Assembly (NCBI GenBank): GCA_025449835.1
Contig: JANWIO010000166.1
Span: forward strand, 18,967-82,966
Reading direction: 5' to 3'
Length of the DNA: 64,000 nt
Source: Vampirovibrionales bacterium
GTDB taxonomy: Bacteria; Cyanobacteriota; Vampirovibrionia; Vampirovibrionales; JAGQHJ01
The notes beneath the pieces were generated by a model that had not been told where the DNA came from, ran no database searches, and worked only from the letters and a program-made list of their open reading frames with translations. Shown here piece by piece: positions 1 through 9,705 of the stretch; positions within the stretch are counted from its first letter, which is position 1; each line of letters opens with the position of its first letter. Position numbers and translations under genes: made by a program.

Positions 1-1457
1 CTTACCCCGTTCGCGTGGGGCTTTTGTCTCGTTTTCGGTCCGCCAAAGAGCAAAAAGAAGTCGTGGATCGCTTGGTTATTGGAGAATGTGACGTGGTGGT
101 GGGGACGCATCGTATTCTTCAGCGAGATGTTCATTTTAAAGACCTGGGCTTGGTGGTGGTGGATGAGGAACAACGTTTTGGTGTCTCTCATAAGGAGAAG
201 CTCAAGCAAATTCGCAAAGAAGTAGATGTGTTAACAATGTCTGCGACCCCCATCCCCCGGACTTTGTACATGGCCATGTCAGGCATACGGAATTTAAGTC
301 TGATTAATACTCCCCCGGTCAATCGCTCTCCCATTAAAACCTTTGTTGGGCCTTACAACCCAGCACAAGTTCGCATGGCAATGTTGCAAGAAGTGGATCG
401 AGGCGGACAGGTTTTCTTTGTCCATAACCGTGTTCAAACAATTTATGCCAAACTCAACGAACTCCAGGACTTAGTTCCTGAAGTTCGCTTTGCGGTGGGG
501 CATGGTCAAATGCATGAGCATGACCTGGAAACCGTTATGCTGGATTTTGCCCAGAAAGAATATGATGTGCTGATCTGTACCACCATTATCGAAAGTGGTC
601 TTGACCTGCCCAATGTCAATACAATAATAGTCGATCGAGCCGATCGGTTTGGATTGGCCCAACTTTATCAAATTCGAGGCCGGGTGGGACGTAGCGAAAC
701 ACAAGCCTATGCATATTGTTACTACAATCAAGACCAGATCTTAACCCAGGATGCCCAAGAACGCCTCCGGGCTATTCGGGAATTTACCACCCTTGGCAGT
801 GGGTATCAAATTGCCTTAAGAGACTTAGAGATTCGCGGGGTGGGAAATGTCCTTGGCTCTGAGCAACATGGCCATATGGTGGCCGTTGGGTTTGACATGT
901 ATTGTCAAATGCTGGAAGAGTCTATCAATGAACTGCAAGGCAAGATGACTGAGACCAAAGAAGATGCCATTATCGATCTCAACGTCACTGCCTTTATCCC
1001 CGATGAATGGGTGGGGGATAAAAACGTTAAACTCACTGAATACAAGCGTCTGGCCGATATCCGATCGGAACGGGCCTTGGATATTATCCAAGCCGAATGG
1101 AAGGATCGGTTTGGTGAGATTCCTTCAGAGGCTCAGCAATTGGTGAAGTTGGTTCGGCTTCGGATTTTAGCCACTGAGTTGAAAATTCCGGGTATCCGAG
1201 AGGATCAGGAGTATCTTCGCGTTTCAGTTCCTTATAGCTTAAAGGAATGGATGCAATACCAAGCGAAACTGCCTCCTGAGGTTGGCAATAAGGCCCGTTG
1301 GGTTCCTGCAGTAACTTCCAGAGAAAGTAGTTTGCCTGTACTCTTAATCAAACAACAAGCCATGAAAGGCGCTGATCAAATTGAGTTTATGGAAAAACTC
1401 CTAGGCCAGCTAAAAAGTCTAACCACAAAAGCCATGGCCGAGGCCACTAAAAAATAA
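1..1457 (+). CDS. mfd: Transcription-repair coupling factor Mfd, C-terminal ~480 aa; the 5' end lies upstream of the window
   Basis: The reading frame is open back to position 1. SF2 helicase motifs (DEEQRFGV, SATPIPRTL, QIRGRVGRS) and a TRCF C-terminal domain are present. TAA stop at 1455-1457. Confidence 0.9.
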   Translation, partial: YPVRVGLLSRFRSAKEQKEVVDRLVIGECDVVVGTHRILQRDVHFKDLGLVVVDEEQRFGVSHKEKLKQIRKEVDVLTMSATPIPRTLYMAMSGIRNLSLINTPPVNRSPIKTFVGPYNPAQVRMAMLQEVDRGGQVFFVHNRVQTIYAKLNELQDLVPEVRFAVGHGQMHEHDLETVMLDFAQKEYDVLICTTIIESGLDLPNVNTIIVDRADRFGLAQLYQIRGRVGRSETQAYAYCYYNQDQILTQDAQERLRAIREFTTLGSGYQIALRDLEIRGVGNVLGSEQHGHMVAVGFDMYCQMLEESINELQGKMTETKEDAIIDLNVTAFIPDEWVGDKNVKLTEYKRLADIRSERALDIIQAEWKDRFGEIPSEAQQLVKLVRLRILATELKIPGIREDQEYLRVSVPYSLKEWMQYQAKLPPEVGNKARWVPAVTSRESSLPVLLIKQQAMKGADQIEFMEKLLGQLKSLTTKAMAEATKK

Positions 1458-1491
1458 AATCCTTCCGCCATTAGAAAGGACACACGGGCTT

Positions 1492-2670
1492 GTGGGAAAA
1501 ACAGGATCATTGCTTTTAGAAATACTGCTCCTGGGATATATTACTTTTTATCTAAAGGTGCTCTGGGACACCCTTTTTGATTGGAAGTGTCTTCCAAAAC
1601 TAGAGAAAGTGAATCCTTTACCCCTTGATAACCTCCCACCTGTCTTGGATATTGTGATTCCGGCTCGCAATGAAGGAGAAAAAATTAGGCGATGTCTCAA
1701 AAGCCTCCAGAATCAGACTTATACGACTTTTCAAGTTTGGATGGTAAACGACCGATCCACCGATGAAACCGAGGCCATCATGAAAGAACTTGTCCAGGAA
1801 GATAGCCGATTTCATCTGATTCAAGGCATTGAACCTCCTCCAGGCTGGGTGGGCAAGGTAAATGCCATTGCCCAAGCCATCCCCTTTCTTTCAGCACCTT
1901 GGATTTTATTTTTAGATGCTGACACCTGGCTCCATCCTGAAACGCTCCAACGCTCCTTGACCTACACCCAACAGCACCAGGTTGAGTTTTTCACCTTAAT
2001 TCCTTATTTAGAGTGTGGTACCTTCTGGGAGCATGTCATTCTACCCGCCATGGTCTTTCTCATCAGCTTAGAGTTTCCCTCTCGGCAAGTAAACAACTCA
2101 CAAAAACCCAATATAGCCATTGCTAATGGCCAATATATTCTTATTCAACGCCCCATTTATGAGAAACTGGGGACGCATGCCACCGTTAAGGGGAGTGTAA
2201 TTGAGGATTTAGACTTGGCTCGCCTGGCAAAACGCCAAGGCATAAAACTGACCCTTGCAATAGGGGTTTCTTATTTTCATGTCCGCATGTATACCTCCTT
2301 TACAACCCTGCGAGAGGGTTGGACCAAAAATCTTTATCTCGGTAAACCGGATCTATCCCCATGGCTGACGGCCTTTAGAATAATGGGACTTTGGTTACTT
2401 GGTTTTTTACCCATTGTGACATTCTGCATCAGCCTGTTTTCTTCCTCTCATCATGCCCCCTTAATGTTTCTCAGTGCCTTGGCCTTGGGAACCCTGTTTT
2501 TGAGCATGGCCTTTAATCGCTGGGTTTACAAATGTTTTCCAGGATATGCCTTACTGCATCCCTTGGCCTTGTTTGTTATTGGATGTTTCTTGTATGAATC
2601 CAGACGTCTTGCACTTTCCCCACAAGGCATTCTCTGGAAAGGGCGTCACTATAAAACAAAACCTGAGTAA
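1492..2670 (+). CDS. Family 2 glycosyltransferase (GT-A fold) with a C-terminal multi-pass membrane region
   Basis: N-terminal DIVIPARNE and DAD motifs typical of GT2. The C-terminal half is hydrophobic with several predicted TM helices. Confidence 0.75.
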   Translation: MGKTGSLLLEILLLGYITFYLKVLWDTLFDWKCLPKLEKVNPLPLDNLPPVLDIVIPARNEGEKIRRCLKSLQNQTYTTFQVWMVNDRSTDETEAIMKELVQEDSRFHLIQGIEPPPGWVGKVNAIAQAIPFLSAPWILFLDADTWLHPETLQRSLTYTQQHQVEFFTLIPYLECGTFWEHVILPAMVFLISLEFPSRQVNNSQKPNIAIANGQYILIQRPIYEKLGTHATVKGSVIEDLDLARLAKRQGIKLTLAIGVSYFHVRMYTSFTTLREGWTKNLYLGKPDLSPWLTAFRIMGLWLLGFLPIVTFCISLFSSSHHAPLMFLSALALGTLFLSMAFNRWVYKCFPGYALLHPLALFVIGCFLYESRRLALSPQGILWKGRHYKTKPE

Positions 2671-2678
2671 TAAATGGT

Positions 2679-3980
2679 TTAGGTGTTTTTCGAAGAAAAA
2701 GAAGGCGCTCGGCGGTACACAAAAATTCCTCGCACCGGCTCCATTTCTAAAAATTTCTGAACCTGCCCCATGGTTTCTTTTGAAATTTCACAATCTTTGG
2801 GCAAAATTAAAACCCCCTTCATGGTTTTTAAATCTCGTGAGAGAACCATCCCTGGCATCATATCCCGGGCATTAATTTCCACCTCAATGGCATCCTCATT
2901 GGCATGATTTCCCTCATTAATGTATTGCGTAAATGCCGTTACAATAGCTGGGTCAAATTCTTTTAAGGATCGCTCTTTTAAAAACCGCAGCACTTTTTCA
3001 GGGGTTGTGGTGGAGAAAACCGCTCTTTCGTTCATTGCTTTATCGTAGGCATCTACAACGGCAATAATACGAGAGCCCAACGGAATTTGCTCTCCTCTAA
3101 GTTTATCCGGGTAACCGTTTCCATCAAACCGTTCGTGGTGATGACGCACAATGACGGCCACCTCATTTAAATTGGCCATCATGCCAATAATAGACTCGCC
3201 TAACATCACGTGGCGACGAAGCAGCTCTTGTTCTGCCGGTTTTAAGAATGCATCTCGCTTGAGTAAAATTTCAACAGGGACGCCAATTTTTCCAATATCG
3301 TGAAGGGTTGCAGCAATCTCAACCTCAATCAGCTCTTCTCCTGATCGCCCCAATTGTTGCGCAACCGCCTTACACAATGTAGCAACTCGTTTGGAATGGC
3401 TCCCAATAATGGGACTATGCAATTCTGAGAGTTTTGCCATCACCTGAATCGAGCTGAGAAAGCTTTTCTGTAGGGCCTTATTGAGTAGCGAAATCTGCTG
3501 TGTACGCTCTACAACTTTGTCTTCCAGATTTTTATTTAAATCTTTCAATTCTAAATTTTGTTCTTGAGTCAACGCTTCCAAACGTTTATTTTCAGAAACC
3601 AGCTCATAATATCCCACGGCTTGACGCAAGGTCAGCCGCATATCTTCATCATCCCAAGGTTTGGTTAAAAATCGATAAACCGCCCCTTCATTAATGGCGC
3701 TAATCGCCGCCTGGGTGTCTGCATAGCCCGTTAATAAAATCCGAACCGTATCGGGAGACAAACGTCGAACCTCCGCTAAAAGCTGGGTTCCTTCCATGCC
3801 AGGCATCCGTTGGTCAGAAACCACCACGGCATAGTCTTGTTGAGATATCATCTTTAAAGCCTCTTCAGGTGAAGTGGTCGTCTCTATCTCAAAACTTTCA
3901 TGATGCAACAGACGTTTGAGTGCATTAAGAATATTAATCTCATCATCAATGAATAAAATCCGTTGCATCGTCATCCGCAA
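2679..3980 (-). CDS. Response regulator with REC receiver plus HD-GYP c-di-GMP phosphodiesterase domain (RpfG-like)
   Basis: N-terminal ILFIDDEINILNALKRLL receiver. HD motif HDIGKIGVP and canonical HHERFDGNGYP motif. Last gene of a tightly packed minus-strand operon. Confidence 0.85.
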   Translation of the reverse strand: MRMTMQRILFIDDEINILNALKRLLHHESFEIETTTSPEEALKMISQQDYAVVVSDQRMPGMEGTQLLAEVRRLSPDTVRILLTGYADTQAAISAINEGAVYRFLTKPWDDEDMRLTLRQAVGYYELVSENKRLEALTQEQNLELKDLNKNLEDKVVERTQQISLLNKALQKSFLSSIQVMAKLSELHSPIIGSHSKRVATLCKAVAQQLGRSGEELIEVEIAATLHDIGKIGVPVEILLKRDAFLKPAEQELLRRHVMLGESIIGMMANLNEVAVIVRHHHERFDGNGYPDKLRGEQIPLGSRIIAVVDAYDKAMNERAVFSTTTPEKVLRFLKERSLKEFDPAIVTAFTQYINEGNHANEDAIEVEINARDMMPGMVLSRDLKTMKGVLILPKDCEISKETMGQVQKFLEMEPVRGIFVYRRAPSFSSKNT

Positions 3981-3983
3981 TTA

Positions 3984-5204
3984 TTATCCTATCCTAGAAG
4001 CCAAGGTTTCACCCAACCAAGCTTCTAAACGCTCCAGATGAACCGAATGGTTGATGGTTGTTTTGTTCTCATTTTGCCATTTTGCAAAATTTAAAACAGG
4101 CAAATGGGAGCGATAAATAAATTCTTGTAATGTAGGTGACACCACTTCATCTATAATAACACCGGCTAAGGCTTGTTCATTATTAATATCCAATGAGGTC
4201 ACCACATGGTATCCCAAACGCTGGAGTACCATGGAAACAAACCCTTCTTCAACAGAGTTTTTCAGTAAAACTGCAACCCGATTCGAAGGAATATCCTCCG
4301 TTTCTTTGACATTCAGCGGTTTCGCCACCAAATCAAAGAAGACTTCCGCCTTTTGAATTTCGGTCGGTAAATCCACCAACAATTGAAACACATGATCTGG
4401 CAGCACTTTTTCAACGGCCAGTAATTGCATAAAATCCATTTTAACGTGGGGATCACCACTCGCACCTACACGAGCAATTTTAGCCACATTATCGGCCACT
4501 TGAATCAAGTTCACCATCCGACCTTCATGGCCATCTTGACCTTTTAAAACCGGTTGTTTTTGGGGATGGGAAGAATGATGATCTGCAACCGCCTGAATAA
4601 ATATATGAGGCAATTTCCAATGCTCACATAACTTGCCACCCAAAGCGGCATGATCAATGCCAAACGCTTCCCGCTCCAAGGAAATCAAAGATTTCTCACC
4701 CACCTCCGCTTTTTTAAGCAATTCAATATATTGCTCTGTGAAATATTCCATAAAAATGGCCCGCCCGATGTCATGAATTAGCCCGGATGTATAAGCCTCC
4801 TCAGGGTTTGGAATTCGAAATAGCGGGCTCAGAATCCTTGAAGAGCAAGCTACCCCTAAAGAATGTCGCCAAAAATCTTCTCGATTAAAAGAAACGTCCG
4901 GCACATTTTTATGAAAAAATTCAAAAACCGAAATCCCCAATGACAGATTTTTAACCCCTTGAAACCCCAAAATCATTACCGCCTGAGAAATGGTACTGAC
5001 GCGATGGGAAAGCCCATAAAAAGCTGAATTGGACACACGAAGCACTTTGGTGGTTAAAGCCTGATCACCGGATATGGTTTGGGTAATATCACGAATATCC
5101 GTATTGGGATCATCTGCCAACTGAAATAATCGCCCCACAGAAGAGGGTAAAGGAGGCAATGATTGTATTTTAAACAACACATCCCGAATAACTTTATTTT
5201 CCAT
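3984..5204 (-). CDS. HDOD-domain signalling protein with a C-terminal receiver-like region
   Basis: HDOD signature (TKVLRVSNSAFYGLSHRVSTISQAVMILGFQGVKNLSL). Lies 3 bp upstream of the HD-GYP gene and overlaps the upstream REC gene by 11 nt. Confidence 0.8.
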   Translation of the reverse strand: MENKVIRDVLFKIQSLPPLPSSVGRLFQLADDPNTDIRDITQTISGDQALTTKVLRVSNSAFYGLSHRVSTISQAVMILGFQGVKNLSLGISVFEFFHKNVPDVSFNREDFWRHSLGVACSSRILSPLFRIPNPEEAYTSGLIHDIGRAIFMEYFTEQYIELLKKAEVGEKSLISLEREAFGIDHAALGGKLCEHWKLPHIFIQAVADHHSSHPQKQPVLKGQDGHEGRMVNLIQVADNVAKIARVGASGDPHVKMDFMQLLAVEKVLPDHVFQLLVDLPTEIQKAEVFFDLVAKPLNVKETEDIPSNRVAVLLKNSVEEGFVSMVLQRLGYHVVTSLDINNEQALAGVIIDEVVSPTLQEFIYRSHLPVLNFAKWQNENKTTINHSVHLERLEAWLGETLASRIG

Positions 5205-6006
5205 TCAAACAATCCTCCATCACAAGGATACACCCCCGTAGGGTATTCCGTTCTTGTAAAGACTTAATCCGTAATCGAAGCTTTTGCCCTTGAATTTGAA
5301 AAGGGGATATTTCTTGGACCAGGTTCCGATCCATACATTGCCTCACCATATTCACAACGTCAGTCGGAAAAATCTCCTGAATATCCATCCCAACTGCCAT
5401 GGGACAGAGGGCCACAAATCGGCTCCGAATCATTTCATTGGTAAAAACCACCATACCTTCTTCACTTACCCCAATAACAGGAACCGGTAGCTTTTCCAAA
5501 ATCTCCTGTGAAAGCTGCAACGCTTTAGTTCGTTCAGCCACAGCCTCCTCTAAACGATCATTTAAAGTACGCAGTTTTTCATTTTGAACTTGAATCTGCT
5601 CCATCAGCAAGCGGTTTTCCAACATCAAATCATAGTGGGCTAAGCATTGGTTTATAGAAACCTTCAATTCTTCGTCATTCCAGGGTTTGGTTAAAAACCG
5701 ATAAATTTCACCCTTGTTAATGGCATCCAAAATAACGCTGACGTCCGCATAACCTGAAAGAACAACCCGCACCGTATCTGGAGAAACTTCTTTGACTTTT
5801 TGAAGAAAGGCAGTCCCCATCATCTCTGGCATCATTTGATCAGAGAGTACCAGGTGAACTGGCTGTTTTTCAATCAATGCAATCCCTTCTAAACCACTAT
5901 TTGCCGTAAGTAAGTTATACTCTTCCTTACGAAGTAAGCGTTTGAGGGCGTTTAAGATGTTGATTTCATCATCAACACAGAGAACGGTTTTTCGATCGGT
6001 CTTCAT
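5194..6006 (-). CDS. Response-regulator receiver protein with coiled-coil and PAS-like C-terminal region
   Basis: VLCVDDEINILNALKRLL receiver with conserved Asp and Lys positions. ATGA start/stop overlap with the upstream histidine kinase. Confidence 0.75.
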   Translation of the reverse strand: MKTDRKTVLCVDDEINILNALKRLLRKEEYNLLTANSGLEGIALIEKQPVHLVLSDQMMPEMMGTAFLQKVKEVSPDTVRVVLSGYADVSVILDAINKGEIYRFLTKPWNDEELKVSINQCLAHYDLMLENRLLMEQIQVQNEKLRTLNDRLEEAVAERTKALQLSQEILEKLPVPVIGVSEEGMVVFTNEMIRSRFVALCPMAVGMDIQEIFPTDVVNMVRQCMDRNLVQEISPFQIQGQKLRLRIKSLQERNTLRGCILVMEDCLNGK

Positions 6007-6980
6007 AATGGCTCATTGGTTTCAATTGGTAATTTGATGCTAAACGTTGTACCTTCACCCACCTTACTTTCCACATCAATGGTTCCGTGATGTTTTTGAA
6101 TAATCCCGTAAGAAATTGAAAGGCCCAGCCCAGTTCCGGTTCCCACAGGCTTGGTGGTATAAAAGGGGTTAAATATGTGGGACATATGTTTTTCCGGAAT
6201 ACCCACACCAGTATCTGAAATACGAATGACAATATGGGTATCTGTTGCTTCCGTCTCTATGATAATTTCCCCCTTTTCAGGAATGGCTTGCGCTGCATTC
6301 ACCAAAAGATTCATCAAAACCTGATTTAGCTGCCCCGGATAACACAGAATAGAAGGGACTTCTCCAAGATTTGTCGTCACTTGACATTTGTATTTCAACT
6401 CATTCCACACCATTTTTAAGGTATCTTGTATCCCATCATTCACATTGGCTTCTTTTAACTCAGACTCATCCAGACGGGCAAAGCTTTTTAAGTTTTGAAC
6501 AATGTCTTTAACCCGATGTAACCCTTGTTGAGACTCTAAAATCAAGGCATCAACATCCCCCATAGCATAATTAAGATCTTCCTCCTCACAAACTTTATGA
6601 ATCGCCTCTAACAGAGCTTGAATTTCATCTGCATGGCCTTCTTGATAGTGGGTTACCAACGTATCATACTGGGCAATAAGATCTTTAAAAGTGGTGACAT
6701 ATTCCATCAAGGTGCCCAAGTTCGACATGACAAATCCCACGGGATTATTAATTTCATGGGCAACCCCCGCAGCCAGTTGTCCTAACGAGGCCATTTTTTC
6801 TGAGTGAACGAGTTGAGCTTGATTTTCTTTCAGTTTCTCGTGGGCATGATGCAATTCAGAGGTTTTTTCTTCCAACAACGATTCGGCCCGTTGCCGTAAA
6901 GCTCTTTCCCATTGAAGAGCCTCTTCTAAGGATTCAAATGTTTGAGATTTCTCTACCAAATGCTTGGCCATCGAACGCAC
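6003..6980 (-). CDS. Soluble sensor histidine kinase (coiled coil, HisKA, HATPase_c)
   Basis: H-box AAGVAHEINNPVG, then N-box, G1 and G2 (GTGLGLSIS). No TM segments. First gene of the HK/REC/HDOD/HD-GYP operon. Confidence 0.85.
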   Translation of the reverse strand: MRSMAKHLVEKSQTFESLEEALQWERALRQRAESLLEEKTSELHHAHEKLKENQAQLVHSEKMASLGQLAAGVAHEINNPVGFVMSNLGTLMEYVTTFKDLIAQYDTLVTHYQEGHADEIQALLEAIHKVCEEEDLNYAMGDVDALILESQQGLHRVKDIVQNLKSFARLDESELKEANVNDGIQDTLKMVWNELKYKCQVTTNLGEVPSILCYPGQLNQVLMNLLVNAAQAIPEKGEIIIETEATDTHIVIRISDTGVGIPEKHMSHIFNPFYTTKPVGTGTGLGLSISYGIIQKHHGTIDVESKVGEGTTFSIKLPIETNEPL

Positions 6981-7268
6981 TCCAATGCTTAACGCATCCT
7001 AAAATAAAATTGTGCCCAGGGTGAGTCAGTCACCTGCCAAATCTCAAATGAGTCACAACTTCTGTAGAGGTTATCGTCATTTGTTGAATTGACTTTAAAA
7101 ATTTGAAAAAAGAAGGTAACATCCCATTTTTTGGTACTCACAAAACGATTCAAAAATAATTCTTTTTACCTTTTAAGCTTAACAGGCAGCCTTGTTCAAC
7201 AAAGAAGCCCTCCTCTGATAAGAAGGGCTTCATATGAATTTAAGGATAAGCTTCGTAAACTACGCTGC

Positions 7269-7556
7269 TTACTTTACTTTGTTGCTGCTGGTTTTGGTGG
7301 TTTTGGTGGTCATCATGTTTTTAGCCAATTTGGTATGATGACTGGATTTAGCAGCCATTTTGGTGCTGTGATGATGTTTAGCAGCTATCTTATGATGATG
7401 GCTGGTATGTTTGGTTGCCATTTTATGATGGGTTGCAGCAGCATGGTGTTTTGGGGTAGCTGCTTTGTGGTGCGTTGTTGCTGATGTAGCAGCAAAAGCC
7501 CCAGCAGTGGTCAACAAGAAAAGGCTCACGATACCTAATGATAATGCTTTTTTCAT
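7269..7556 (-). CDS. Small secreted histidine-rich protein (about 17 His in a ~72-aa mature chain); putative periplasmic metal-binding protein
   Basis: Start ATG at 7556 with an AAGGAG SD 10 nt upstream. Signal peptide MKKALSLGIVSLFLLTTAGAFAA. Repeated HHK / HHH motifs. Intrinsic terminator just downstream. The overlapping plus-strand ORF 7131-7484 is its antisense shadow. Confidence 0.6.
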   Translation of the reverse strand: MKKALSLGIVSLFLLTTAGAFAATSATTHHKAATPKHHAAATHHKMATKHTSHHHKIAAKHHHSTKMAAKSSHHTKLAKNMMTTKTTKTSSNKVK

Positions 7557-7832
7557 TTTTAAAAACTCCTTTGTCAATTTAATAATGTGATTCAAATAAC
7601 TGCAACGGGTATTTTCCCCAATACCCTAATTCTAGTATTCTCCTAAAATGCTTTTGTCTTACTAACCAAAAGAGCTACTCCTTAGAGTAGTTTTTTCGTT
7701 ACCCCTCACAAACGAAACATCAGAATACATTTACAGAGACAAAAATGATATCAGAGGTCCTTTCACAGCAGTACATGACTCGATTATTCAAGAAGTTCGT
7801 ATTTTATAAAACTTAATATTCTTCAAATTCTA

Positions 7833-8456
7833 GTGTTTAAATTGGATCATTTTTTTGAGAAAATGTTATATCGCAGGTTGTTATTTATTCTGGAGATCCG
7901 TGATTTTATGAACGTTGGAATGATGCCATGTGTGGCCACGGTTCGATTTCGGGGAAAACCCACCTCCAAGCAGAGTATTCGCCTGATTGAACCCAGGGAC
8001 GGTAAGGCCATGGGGCAGGTTATTATTCAAGTGCTAAGTGAATGGCAGTGCGACTCGGTGTATTTTTCCAAACCCCAACTGCTGGATAACCTCGCTGAGG
8101 ATTACCAGAAACCTGGCGCCAAGTATTGGGTGGTAACCGACAAGGCTACCGGCAAAATACTGGGTGGCGCAGGTTACGGGCAATTGGAAGGCACCCGGGC
8201 CGAATACAAAACTTGAGAGCTGCAAAAGATGTATCTTTTGCCTGAAGCTCGGGGCAAGGGTAACGGTAAGAAGCTGATGGAGCGTATTCTCAAGGATGCC
8301 AAACAGGATGGGTATCAAACCATTTATCTCGATACCGACGTGAAGCTGACCAGCTCTATTGGACTCTATAAAAAATACGGGTTCCAACAGCTCAACACTC
8401 CCATTGGCAACACTGGACACAACACATGCGGGGTTTATATGAGCCGAAGCCTATAA
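7833..8456 (+). pseudogene. GNAT family N-acetyltransferase interrupted by an in-frame TGA at 8214-8216 (pseudogene or sequencing error); likely true start ATG at 7908
   Basis: ORFs 7833-8216 and 8229-8456 are in the same frame. The GNAT acetyl-CoA motif (ELQKMYLLPEARGKGNGKKLM) continues immediately after the stop. TGA is used as a stop elsewhere (e.g. 32641-32643). Confidence 0.6.
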
Positions 8457-8550
8457 TCGGCGCTGGTGTTAAGATACTGGGCCAAAACAGTGGGGAGGCT
8501 AGGAGCGGCCCAGTTGGTCATTCACCATGCCATCGATCAGGCGTTAATCA

Positions 8551-9702
8551 TCAATGTAAAACTTCTGGCACCGGCATCTGTTGAAGTCGTTGATGAAAGG
8601 CTTTCAGTGCTTCAATGGTTCGTTCCGCAGCTTTTCCATCTCCATAAGGGTTCAATGCCTGGGCCATTTCTTGATATGCAGCAGGACTATCTAAAAGGCG
8701 TTGTGTTTCCTCTAGAATTCGGTCTCGGTGAGGGCCGACAAGCTTAACCGTTCCCATTTCAACAGCTTCAGGGCGTTCTGTTTCATCTCGAAGCACCAAA
8801 ACCGGTTTACAAATAGAAGGTGCCTCCTCCTGGATCCCCCCCGAATCGGTTAAAACGAGATACGCTCGGCTTAAAAGCTGACAAAAAGGTGCATAATCCA
8901 TGGGTTCAATCAGATGAATCCGCTCCACACCAGCAAGGATTTCAAAAACAACGGAACGGACATTGGGGTTGAGATGAACGGGAAGAACCATCTCAACATC
9001 GGGGTTATTCATCACAATGGTTTTTAAAGCATCACAAATTTCAACCATGGGAGCCCCAAAGTTCTCACGCCGATGCACTGTCACCAAGATCATACGATTA
9101 TCCGGGTCCAAAGCCATGGGAAACGCTTCATCCTTGGTTTTGGCCAAGGTGTAATGCAAAGCATCAATTACCGTATTGCCGGTTAAAATAATGGCCGACT
9201 CCGACACACCCATCTCGCGCAAGTTGTTTTGTGAGCGTTGAGTGGGCGCAAAAAACAGGGTTGCCACACTATCCGTCACAACCCGATTAATCTCTTCTGG
9301 AAAAGGGTAGTATTTATCAAAGGTCCGGAGACCCGCTTCTACATGCCCTACCGGAATTTTGGCATAAAATGCAGCAAGGCTTGCCGCCATGGTTGTTGTT
9401 GTGTCGCCATGTACCAGCACAATATCTGGCTTGTATTGGTTTAGCACATCTCGCATGGCTAAAAGTACTTTACTGGTGAGATCATAGAGATCTTGGTTTG
9501 GCCGCATCAGATCCAAGTCCACATCTGGCTGAATATCAAACAGATTCAAAACCTGATCCAGCATCTGACGGTGTTGCGCCGTCACACACAAAATCGATTC
9601 AAAAGTAGCCTCATGCGCTTTTAAAGCCATCACCACCGGCGCCATCTTAATGGCCTCTGGACGAGTCCCAAAAACAGTCATCACTTTTAGCCGGTTTGAC
9701 AT
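8551..9702 (-). CDS. wecB: UDP-N-acetylglucosamine 2-epimerase (non-hydrolysing)
   Basis: MTVFGTRPEAIKMAPV N-terminus and full-length similarity to WecB/MnaA. Confidence 0.9.
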   Translation of the reverse strand: MSNRLKVMTVFGTRPEAIKMAPVVMALKAHEATFESILCVTAQHRQMLDQVLNLFDIQPDVDLDLMRPNQDLYDLTSKVLLAMRDVLNQYKPDIVLVHGDTTTTMAASLAAFYAKIPVGHVEAGLRTFDKYYPFPEEINRVVTDSVATLFFAPTQRSQNNLREMGVSESAIILTGNTVIDALHYTLAKTKDEAFPMALDPDNRMILVTVHRRENFGAPMVEICDALKTIVMNNPDVEMVLPVHLNPNVRSVVFEILAGVERIHLIEPMDYAPFCQLLSRAYLVLTDSGGIQEEAPSICKPVLVLRDETERPEAVEMGTVKLVGPHRDRILEETQRLLDSPAAYQEMAQALNPYGDGKAAERTIEALKAFHQRLQQMPVPEVLH

Positions 9703-9705
9703 TGT

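Noticed and set aside
7131-7484. Plus-strand 117-aa ORF rich in Met/Phe/Gly overlapping the His-rich gene
   Set aside because: It is the reverse complement of repeated CAT/CAC His codons. The minus-strand reading has a signal peptide, an SD and a terminator.
8214-8216. Possible selenocysteine or other recoding at the in-frame TGA of the GNAT gene
   Set aside because: No SECIS-like stem-loop is evident downstream and GNATs are not selenoproteins. A pseudogene or sequencing error is more parsimonious.
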